A stretch of 64,000 bases of DNA, taken from NCBI GenBank assembly GCA_964016885.1, contig OZ024747.1, positions 40,362,001 to 40,426,000 on the forward strand, read 5' to 3'. Each line of letters starts with the position of its first letter. Within the stretch, counting starts at the first letter, position 1. The stretch comes from Eledone cirrhosa. Lineage: Eukaryota. Positions 1 to 10,255 of this stretch are shown here, in pieces. The notes beneath the pieces were generated by a model. That model was not told the DNA's origin, ran no database searches, and saw nothing but the letters and a program-made list of their open reading frames with translations. The position numbers were made by a program, and so were the translations under genes.

Positions 1-364
1 TAATAATTAAGGATAAAATGAAGACATACAGACACACACAAAAACCAAACTAACAAAACAAATCAGACACAGACAGATAGAACAAACAACCAGCAAGTGA
101 CAAATAAATAAACACATAAATAAATAAATAAAACACACACACACACACACACCTGGGTGTAACGCATGCGCAAACTCATAACACAACACACAAAAACAAG
201 GAGAGACACAAAATAAAAACCTAGTCACTGAGGAGGTCAGAGAATGTGTGATGAAAGAGCTTTGACAATATATAAACAACCTTCCAGTTATCGAACCAGC
301 CAACCAACTAGAAACTTATAATAAATTGAAGTGTAAACTAACAGGTGCGTGTGTTTTTATTGGC

Positions 365-500
365 AGCAGGATATATAGCTCTCTTAGATAGACACTTTCC
401 TATAGGTCACAAATACCGCTCCATCTTTAACAGACGCAGAGTGAAACTAGGATACTCCTGTGCTAAGAATATGAAGGCCCACATCACCAACAGCCCTAAG
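365..500 (+). mobile_element. Penelope-like element fragment
   Basis: RHFPIGHKYRSIFNRRRVKLGYSCAKNMKAHI resembles the linker between RT and GIY-YIG of Penelope-like elements; cut off by the RTE fragment at 501. Confidence 0.55.
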
Positions 501-1270
501 AGTCTCTTGTCTACAACTAATCTAAGCTTAATTATTCTATTAGTAACTCTAACTACCTCTATTGTCTTATTGATCCATCTCTCAGCCAGTAATATACCCA
601 CCCTATCACACCCATCATCATTACCCACCCAGAAAAGCTTATAACTACGATGTTTGCCTGCGATTAGTCTTGCAGAGGCAGCTCTCCATCTCACCTCTTT
701 CACACAGCACACATCCACATGCCTTCTCTCCAGCATCTCCACTATCTCACCAGATCTACCTGTTAGAGTGCCAACATTAAGTGTGGCAACTCTGAGATGC
801 GACGTCTTCTTCTTTTTCCTGTTGTGCGATTGCTTGATAACGGTCGGGGAGGGGGTCTCACACATGGCCTCACTAGCCAGAACACTACCGTGCACAGCCC
901 TAACATAGTTAGTGTTATTGCTGTTAACGCAGTTGTTGCAAATCTCATTGTTGTGCTCATAGTTTTTGGCAGTAGTATATATACTGGTTGGATGCCCTTC
1001 CTAACACCAGCACCCCTTTACAGCATGGACTAGGTGATTTTATTCGTGCCACCAGCACTAGAGAAGTTGTCTTACTGGACTCAGGGGCCCTCTCTACCAC
1101 TCCATTTTACAGCATGGACTGGGTGCTTTTATTCATGCCACCAGCACTAGGGAAGTTGTCTTACTGGACTTAGGGGACTTCTCTACCCCGCACCAATTTA
1201 TTTGGAGTGGTAGCTCTCCTAGACAGGTTGCCCACACTATGGCTTACGGAGCGTCCGTCTGCCCCTTGTC
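501..1270 (-). mobile_element. RTE-clade LINE family A, 5' fragment (5'UTR plus start of APE endonuclease)
   Basis: LRVATLNVGTLTGRSGEIVEMLERRHVDVCCVKEVRW; homologous to 21812-22560; 5'UTR carries 89-bp tandem monomers. Confidence 0.88.
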
Positions 1271-1447
1271 TGTTCTATGATATATTCATGAGGGAGTGGT
1301 TATCATACAGCGTCGGGCATGTATACCGAATGTGGTGGGGTGCTTAGTGAGAAGAAAAATGGCTATACGTACAAATTTATATGCAAAACAATCAACACCG
1401 TTTATATCACATACAAACCACATACATATATATATATATATTTTCTT

Positions 1448-1518
<71 letters not shown>

Positions 1519-1534
1519 TATATACACACACACA

Positions 1535-1635
1535 GTGAATGCGTGTGGCTGAGTGGTTAGAGAATTGTATTTGCAATTGTGAGGGTGTGAGTTTGATCCC
1601 TGGACTGAGCGATGCATTATGTCCTTGAGCAAGAT
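1535..1635 (+). mobile_element. tRNA-derived SINE head (truncated)
   Basis: A box TGGCTGAGTGG, B-box-like GAGTTTGATCC, then TGTCCTTGAGCAAGA core. Confidence 0.65.
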
Positions 1636-1899
1636 CTGGAGTTGCAACCGATAGGTAGTATTATCAATTGGAAAGCCCAATGGAAACATTGATTCCTTGG
1701 TTCGATTTGACGAAAGTCGATCGACTGTCGATATATATAAATATATACACATATATATATGTTGTGCGGGAGAGAGAGTATACATTATAAAATATTGCTG
1801 GTGCCATGGTAAAATGCACTATGTAATGTGATTGATATTAATTAAGAAGACCATCCAGTTAACAGAGATCTTGGAGATATTTCAAGGCAAATTTAATCA

Positions 1900-3780
1900 T
1901 AAAAATCTGGTTGATAAACTGTATTTTTAAGCAGACACAACTACCCACTTCACTGCTATCAAAATGTAACAGAGCCATTTGCTATCAGCAGAATCATTGA
2001 GTAACGATAGGAAATGATGAAGAGGATTATGATTGCAATGACAAGGATAATGCTAACTACTATGCTGATGATAGGCCTAACGGTTATAATAGTGGAGTGA
2101 TAAATTAATTTGGGAAGCCAGCCAGCCACCTGATCACCTACCAATCAGGCAAACACACAAGCGAACTTGACTTTATACAAGTTACAAAATGGGACAAGTA
2201 GATGGTTATGATTGAGAAAAACTTCCCTGGAGAAGAATACACCACACAATGTATGTTAATTATTAGTGACATTAGAATAATCAAGAAATGCAGGAATTTA
2301 TGGAAGAGGGTAAGAAAGCCAAAAGACTTCTCTGTCAAATATAGGTTTAGAAAATCTTTATGACAGGAGGAAAAAGGTGTTAGACACATGTGACAAAGGA
2401 CAACTGGAAGTTTCTATGTGACAACCTACTGCAGGCTACAGATGAGATGCTATTTGCTGGAGTAAAGCACCTGCCAGTGATCTAGAGGTGGAAGAACACT
2501 GTGGACAGAGCTATTATACAACAGAGACAAGCATGGAAAGACTGGAAAAATGGGGGAAGCAAAGATGAGTGCTAGGTAGCTAAAAGAGAAGCCAGGTAAC
2601 AGGTATACAGAGCATGCAAAATAACTAAAAACATGAGATTTGCTAGTGTCTTGAGATGTGAGGATCAGAGATGTAAGGTGTCCATAATTGCTAAACAGAG
2701 TGCCCATGAAAACCAGGATGTTGTTGGGAGAAAAGTCTGTTTGAAATTATACCAATACACTTAGCATCACTGATACTCATAAGAAAGTGGAAATGCTATG
2801 ACAAGAGATTGATGAGTGGAGTATGAGTGGGAGGAAGAAATGTTTCTCCTCAGCTGACCCAACAGAGTGACCAGCTATCAAAGTTGACAACTATAGAGTC
2901 GAAGAAACAATGTAGGAGATGTAAATTGGTAAAGCGACTAATCTGACAGAGAGAGTCACTAAGATGCTGAAATCTTCTGAACAAATAGGAGTCAAACTAT
3001 TCACCCACATAATCATTCAGCTAACACATGACTAGTACAGTCGTATACTCATTAATTGTTACAAAGGAAAAGGTGATGAACTAGAGCAGCTACAGAGGCA
3101 TAAAACTGGTGAACCATGTTATGAAAGTGACAAAAAGAGTTTTTGCATAACTAATTGGGGAAAGTTACATGTGTGGTAATTTTGTTTTGAGGCAGGGAGG
3201 AGTATCATAGATGTTCTCTTCTTAGTAAGACAACAAGAGAACTTCTTTGCTAAGTATAAGCAACTATATCAAGCTTTTGTTGATCAGAAGAAAGCCTTTG
3301 ACAGATTACCATATCTGTCAATAGGGGGTCCTTAAGGAAACTAGGTGTAAAAAATGGCTTGGGAAACCAGTGCAAGATATGAACATAGGAGTTATAAGTA
3401 AAGTGAGAGTAGATAATGCGTTTAGTGAGGAATTCAATGTGCAGATAGGTATTCACCAGAGCTGGTTCATATAGCCAAATCTGTGGAAGAGCTACATGAC
3501 TTAGAGTAAACATGGAAAAAAATGAAAGTATTAGTAAGTAGGAAGGAAGACAGGGCACCAATCGCAGAAGGAAAGTGACCTTGCTCAATAAGTAGAAAAG
3601 TAATGAAGGAAACTTTATATGATGTACATACTGTAAACTTTAGTTACACAATTTGTCAAGAATTGCAATTAATGGAAATTTCTTTTCTTCACTTTTGACT
3701 CACTATGTTGTGTTATCCCACATATAACTTGTTTTCCCATGCTAGCGTGGAAGATGGACGTTAAATGATGATGATGATTT
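1900..3780 (+). mobile_element. Old degenerate RTE LINE
   Basis: Patchy collinear similarity to 10256-13113 (e.g. attaattgttacaaaggaaaaggtgat); ends in cccatgctagcgtggaagatggacgttaaa(tga)n. Confidence 0.7.
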
Positions 3781-3900
3781 GGTGCCTTTGTTGATATCAT
3801 AGTCAGAAATTTATTCTTTTAATCTTACGCATACTGATATGTACACACACATTTCTACTGAGGTAAGCAAACAAATAACATTACAAATTGTTTATCGTTC

Positions 3901-4587
3901 TGTAACGGAATTCTCCTATAAATTACCTGGCAAAGATTCAAAACCGAATCTAAGAGTTCCTGCCTCTGGGACCACATATTGTTGGAAGTTCCCACAATTG
4001 TCCTGTCAAGAAAGCAGTATTATAAACGTACATACCACTTGATCTGTGACCCCAGCTTGTAGACAGAAGAAATACAGATGGCTACTCACAAATCAACCCC
4101 ATATACACATCCTTCTAGCTATAGAGTTATTATAAATACAAGGACTTGGGAAATCCAGGAGCCAGACCAAAGCAAGCAGTCTGTGTTAAGGATAACAATG
4201 TAGCAGACCTTTCACTCTATCTCTCTCTCCTGGCCTCACTCGCTCTCACCTTCTCAGCCACAGACAAAGAGACCCCGAAACAGCAGGAAGTCTGTGAGAG
4301 ATAACGATGTAGGCACCAACAGACCTTTTACCCTTTCTCTCTCTTGACAGGATAGACAAACATAAACACACACGCAGTAGGTTTACTTACGTTTTTCACT
4401 AATCTTTCGTCTTCCTGTTATTTTACCTTTATTATACTGTTGTATTGATACATGCATACACGCTAGCTCGAAGTAGCTAGTCAGAAAATTAATGTAGTGA
4501 TAATTGCTGTCACAAGTTTGTTATTCGATGTTCAATGTACCAACAAGCTAATATTGTTATCGTAAAATAAACATTGTCAACATCACA
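3901..4587 (+). mobile_element. Probable solo LTR
   Basis: TGTAAC...TCACA termini, TATAAATA near 4131, AATAAA near 4566, internal direct repeat, flanks gttc/attc (near 4-bp TSD). Confidence 0.5.
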
Positions 4588-4615
4588 ATTCTGGCATTAT
4601 TCTTTTTATCATTCG

Positions 4616-4967
4616 CTAGCATTAAAGCCCGGCGTTGCTCGCGTTCTCTCTCTCTCCCCTCTCTCTCTTCGGCGTTCCTAAAGGAAGTTTGTAAGCATGT
4701 ATGTAGTTTTATTGAATTTTAAGGGGAGTAGAGAGAGGGAATCAGATTCTATTAGAGGGGTAAAGCGTCATGTATTTAGTTTTGTCGATTATTACCATAA
4801 TTGTGGGTGAGTTTGAATGAAATAAATAGTCGTTGACCTAAGTTATACCATTTACAATATTCTTAGAGACTTTGAGTCGAATCGGTTTGAAATTGTGCAA
4901 ATGTATAAACATAGAACATGCACCCACACACACACAACAACAACAATCTGCCTTTTATAGATAATGA
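4616..4967 (-). mobile_element. Non-autonomous Helitron
   Basis: Minus-strand 3' CTAG preceded by a cccggcgttgctcgcg hairpin; 5' TC..TATAAAA-type end; subterminal similarity to 48080-48189. Confidence 0.6.
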
Positions 4968-5989
4968 TCCATAAAAGAATACATTTATCCACTCCAATTC
5001 TTACAGAAAGAAAATATAAACACAAATATAAACACATATAATAAATACAATTAATTATTGCTACAAACCTTACAAATATAATTGTTCCTACTTTTGGCAC
5101 AAGGCCAGCAATTACCCCAGTGCATTACTTGTGCTTTATTTTATCGACCGGGTAAGGATGAACCTCACAAATATAATGCACAAAAATATATGATCAAAAC
5201 GAGAGAAAAAGAAACAAACAAAACAATCACCAATTCACCAGCAAGTGTGACAATTGGCTGCACCCCTCAAGGGTCAACAGAAAACTTTGAGGCATAAACA
5301 TAAACATATATTCCTATTTCTCTAGATTAAATATTTTGCAGAAATATGCTCTTAATTAAATGATATACACAAGATAAACAAAAAATATATACAAAACAGT
5401 ATCTCATGTTAATAATTTATACAAATGTCATCCACATATAACACTTAACGACCTGTATCACATGAAATCGCATTAGCAAGACTTTCTTGAAATGTACAAA
5501 ACAATACGATGAGCACATCACATTAAATATTGAAGTTCTTCCTGTATTACTACAAATTTTCACAGACATTTGTCCACTTGTAAAAATACTATAAATTAAA
5601 CCAATTTTTGTTATATTTCCCATATCATTACAGGATGTTAGGAGTGAATAAGACATGTATAATACTGGTTTATATATGTAGACTGTTTATTTTCATTTTC
5701 TCTTAAGAAATTCAAGTATTCCAATAGTACACATCTATATACAGTTCCAGATAATTACTTCTTAAACACATACAAGTATGGATAACAAGCATTCATTAAC
5801 TCTGAAATGTGTGTATATATATGTGTATGTGTGTGTGTGTGTATATATATATAAATATATGTGTGTATATATATGTGTGTCTGTGTGTGCATATATATGT
5901 GTGTCTGTGTGTGTATATATATGTGTGTATACATATATATATATATGTATATTTATATATACGTATGAATGTATGTGTGTATGTATCAA

Positions 5990-6445
5990 TAGTGCTACTG
6001 GTAGCATGTAACCCAGTACAACCTGTTGCATGGTCGGCTCGTCGGCGACTAAACCGGTAACAACACCAGGTTTACTTGGTGAGGAGGGTGATTTTGGACA
6101 CCCTACAGGACAAAAAACAAAACCTGACAAAGGGCGGAAGAACTCATAAGAGTCAACGGCCATCCGAAAGTGTGTAAATATGTATATACACATGTACCGT
6201 GCAGTTAAACCACTGGGAGTTAAGGACCCCTAGTCTTTGTCAAGGCATTCTTCTAAGAGAAGGCAACTCAAGAAACTGGGATAACTCTGATATAAAACTT
6301 GCGGCTCAGTAGTTACCGATGATGTTGATCTTTTCTTCTTTTTGGGTTATAGCTACTGTCGCTCAGAGAGTGGGATTGGCTTAGTGCACAGTCTTTCCTC
6401 ACTTTAAAAAATATCTTCACGCACAGGCATTGCATGATAGAATTA
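5990..6445. mobile_element. Unclassified interspersed repeat (RTE 5'UTR-like/non-autonomous)
   Basis: GC-richer block between microsatellites, interrupted at its end by a SINE with TSD gca(t/c)gatagaatta. Confidence 0.35.
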
Positions 6446-6448
6446 TAT

Positions 6449-6620
6449 AGGCACAAGGCCAGAAATTACCCAGTACATTACTGGTACTTTATTTTATCGA
6501 CCCAGTAAGGATGAAAGGCAAAGTTAACCTCGGCGGGATTTGAACTCAGACCATAAAGGGCTGTAACTCTTTGCTGCAAAGTATGGCGTCAGACCCTCTA
6601 CCGATACGGCCAATCCGCCG
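6449..6620 (-). mobile_element. SINE family 2 (Nin/Deu-domain-like)
   Basis: Sense GAGTTCAAATCCCGCCGAGGTTAACTTTGCCTTTCATCC...GTCGATAAAATAAAAGTACC; ~15-bp TSD. Other copies at ~5078-5170(-), 27834-28060(+), 28785-28963(+), 29257-29428(-), 30846-31023(+), 47712-47892(-), 51290-51405(+), 52250-52430(+), 53345-53530(+). Confidence 0.85.
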
Positions 6621-7095
6621 CACGATAGAATTAAATAATAATTATTAATAATGGTATATAGTGAAATGGCCATACTCGATAATGAGGGCGCAGCCATCAT
6701 GTATCAATAGAAATGGATATAACAATCATTCATTACCAACTGCATTAAAGCTTATTGTGTTAATCAGACACGGAAAAACACAGAAATGAATAAACAATTC
6801 AAACTCTATAATGACTTTGGTTATTCACCTGAATTGTATATACATATTTGGAGGCAATTTGTTGCAAACATAACATCAAATTGTGCTCCATGTCTGAATC
6901 AAATCTATTCTCTGCTTATGTTTGCCCCAATCCTGTAATTGATTATCTAATGTTTGCAATTTACACCTGATGGCATCACCAAAGTCTTATGTCATGATGT
7001 AACCAGGCCATAGAAATATGTATTATGATTTTGAAATATGAAAAGAATATTTGAAATCCAGCCTTATGATGTCTTTTAAATTATATATATATATA

Positions 7096-8167
7096 CTAGC
7101 AGAGGCGTTGCTCGGATATTAAATAGCAGTTGTGTATACCATTTATGTCAATACTTCACTGCTGCTTCGAAAACTATACTTTTACAAAATCATCGGCTTT
7201 TTCCAAAAGGGGGTTCCTGCCCCCAGGGGTCCCCTACCCAATATGTGCCAATTCACATTAATCTGTAGGACAAACGTAGCCCATGTGTCAAGTTTTGTGA
7301 AAATCGGTTGCGAACTCCAGAAGTTATGACGTTTTGTTGCATTGCACTGCAGTGCTTCAGTCGACTCCAAGGAAATGGTTAAAGTGGTTAAAGGGGTTAT
7401 CTGCCGGGGGCCCTATAATCAATATCTGGAAAAATGACAGTGCCCATGACCATCCGGAGTACATAAGTAACCTATGTCTTAAGTTTGGTGAAAATACTGT
7501 AGAAATGCATAAGGTTTATACATACGCGCGTGCGCGTGCGTGCGTGCGTGTGTGTTTGTGTGTGTGTGTGGGGGGGGGTATGTATTTGTGTGTGCGTATG
7601 TATGTGTATGTCCGTCGGGGCATACGTATGTATTGGTCTAAATATTCACTATTTACTTTTACTATTTTAATAGCCTCTGTCATTTTCGTTTTCAATTTTA
7701 TTTACATCATTCTTAAACTCCGGGGCTGGAAATCATTCTGTTATTTTAAATAGAATATTAGTCTAACGACTCCATTTATACCATAAACTTGGTCTTGTCT
7801 TTGCATGAAATTGTTCTTCACGCTCCACATAACGACGTATTATCCTCGCTTTTTTCCCGTTCATTGCCAGGGAACGTCTTCATGAACCAAAATATCGTCT
7901 TCCTGTTTTCGTTCGGTTGCAACGTTTCTCGAAATATTTACTTCTGCGTTCACAGATTACTCTCAGTTCAATTTGAATGGGAAATTCCTGTTTCATCGAT
8001 TTTCTCCGTAACTATGGAAGATTGTAGCTTGAAAGTCGACCCAACGCTTCCTCGGGTCATTCTGCATAACTGTGTAAATTTTCGCTGCATTCCACCAAGC
8101 CGTTTCGACGTTTATCCGACTACACCTACATATACAACGTCCAACCACTTCCAATTTATATAGTTGA
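7096..8167 (-). mobile_element. Non-autonomous Helitron (composite)
   Basis: Plus-strand actagcagaggcgttgctcgg is the reverse complement of a 3' hairpin+CTAG end in a TA tract; TC...TATATAAA-like 5' end near 8167. Confidence 0.55.
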
Positions 8168-8920
8168 TTTGTTTATATATGAATGACAAAAAGAAAAGTA
8201 CAAAACTATACATGAATTGTTTCTTCTAAACCTTCAATTTAAAACACAACCTACATATTTGATAGGACTCCAGCTCACTTCTTCTTCTTTTTCTTTTTCT
8301 TCTTCTTATTTTGCTCCCCCTGGAACATTGGGATGTGAGCCACCCCCACACAACCCCATGTTCTAAGTCTGCTTTTCAACTCCACCGTGATGCACGGTGC
8401 GTCATGGTGTATCTAACCATTTTCTTCCAGAGTGAAAGAAAGAGATGGAAAAAGGCAGAGAAGATTCATCCCCGGAGGAATAATAAAAAATGTTTACACT
8501 GCACATTTCACTTTTTCAAAGCTAAAGCTGCTGATCCAAAATCAGTAATTCAACTCCCTGAAAATTTCAAATATATGCTGTTCTAGCATGAATATTATGC
8601 TAAGGATAAGCTGTCCACAAAGTAAGATTTACTTGCATATCCCCGCTCATATAAACACATAAATACATGCATACATACATTACAGTTGATATTTTCTCAT
8701 AATCCTTTATTTACTGCTTTATTTGTATGAAATTGTAAATAAGACAAAAGTATTAGAACAAGGGGAAATAACTCACCGAACGCGATAGTTTTGGGGCCCC
8801 AGGGACCACATTTTTCAAGTTAGAGATTTGAAACCTCGTCTATTTGCTTCCTTGGCACTTTTTACATAGGTCTACTACCATTTAACCGTGCACATCTGAA
8901 TTTCAACCACCACCCATTTC

Positions 8921-8924
<4 letters not shown>

Positions 8925-9015
<91 letters not shown>

Positions 9016-9036
9016 TTATATATATATATATATATA
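8925..9036. repeat. (TA)n microsatellite
   Basis: Direct reading; one of many (TA)n tracts. Confidence 0.98.
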
Positions 9037-9361
9037 GTATTAAGGGTACTATTTATGGTTATGTATGCAATAAAACCTTTGATGGTAATATATTATATAT
9101 ACACAAACCCTAAATAGTGAGAGATAGTCATTAATTACTATCCTATTACCAGTAAGATAAATAGCTCAATGTAATAACATCAGTTGTTTTCACTCTTATT
9201 TTCACTCTTGTTTTTATTTTATTTTATTTTTATCCTGTAACCTTTATATGTAAATTGCCATGCTATATCATTTGATGAATGTCACCCCACTGTTGATCAA
9301 TATGCGCATATGTTTTATGTGTCTCTTGGGTTGAAAAGGAGGTCAAGTATGTTATAAATAG

Positions 9362-9410
9362 TTGCTCCGAAGAATCCAAACCTCGGTTTGGAGGAAACAA
9401 TTGTAAGCAA
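9362..9410 (+). ncRNA. Minimal type I hammerhead ribozyme (CCGAAGA core variant)
   Basis: ttgct-CCGAAGA-a-tccaaacc/ggtttgga-g-GAAA-caattg-TA-agcaa; preceded by TATAAATA and followed by AATAAA, as in Penelope pseudo-LTRs. Confidence 0.7.
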
Positions 9411-9470
9411 ATAAATGACTTAAACTGAACTTTGATTACTGTAATCTCTCTCTCTCTATATATATATATA

Positions 9471-10233
9471 TTTGTTGAGTGAGTTGGAATTTGGCCGGAG
9501 TATCGCTAAAAAGCTTTCTCCGATATTCTATTTATTTACTTACTCTTGGCGCAGCAGATTTGAAAAAATTCCCGGTATAAGGTCAGCATTTCTTTGTTTA
9601 TTTTTTATATATGAATATTGATTGTTCCTTATATCTCATTCTGTTATTTTGCCCGAGAAAATATCTGTGTGTGTCATCAAATGTTGTACACACATAGATA
9701 TTTTTTCAATTTCCAATTGAGTTCTTAGCACGTGGCCTGAATTCCTTTCAGAGTTCATTGTCACGCACATGTATTGTTTTTTGGCAGTAATTCACTTCCT
9801 CATTTTTTGAATCAGTTCGAGCACTTCTTTCAGAACTGCTGGACTGGCGACCTGACAGATACCTCAGGCACAGAAAGTGATTATCGCTAAATGCTGATGT
9901 TGGTTAGATTATCAATATTAGTATTATTGGGGCACCCACTGATGAATTATAGGAGCCCACTTGAATATATATCTATTGATGGTATACAAGCTCCTACATA
10001 AACTGGTATAATTTCACCCAAATTGTAGGAGTGCTATAATGAAACGAGACGTCCGTCTGGGAAGAGATATATTAGATATGTCTCATTTGAAATAATACAG
10101 CCAATTTTCCATGCAATACTTTTAGTTAGCACCCCGAACACTTAATTGGGAATATAATCACTTATTTCCTAATGTTTGTTGAATGTGAGTTGGAATTTGG
10201 CCGGAGTATCGCTAAAAAACTTTCTCCGATATT
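9471..10233 (+). mobile_element. ~704-bp non-coding retrozyme-like unit with ~57-bp terminal redundancy
   Basis: tttgttga..gtgagttggaatttggccggagtatcgctaaaaa.ctttctccgatatt at 9471 and 10175; TA tracts on both sides; internal hammerhead. Confidence 0.7.
9935..10061 (+). ncRNA. Type I hammerhead ribozyme with long stem II, GUC cleavage site
   Basis: ccca-CTGATGA-attatag...ctataat-GAAA-cg agacgtc cg-TC-tggg; predicted cleavage after 10057. Confidence 0.78.
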
Positions 10234-10255
10234 GTATATATTTATATATATATAT

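Noticed and set aside
1195-1350. HDV-like ribozyme at the RTE-A 5' end
   Set aside because: Expected for some RTEs, but I could not build the nested pseudoknot by eye; needs a motif search.
10172-10255. First 28 aa of the 971-aa ORF as the genuine LINE N-terminus
   Set aside because: They come from the upstream direct repeat and TA tract; the real N-terminus is seen at 21981.
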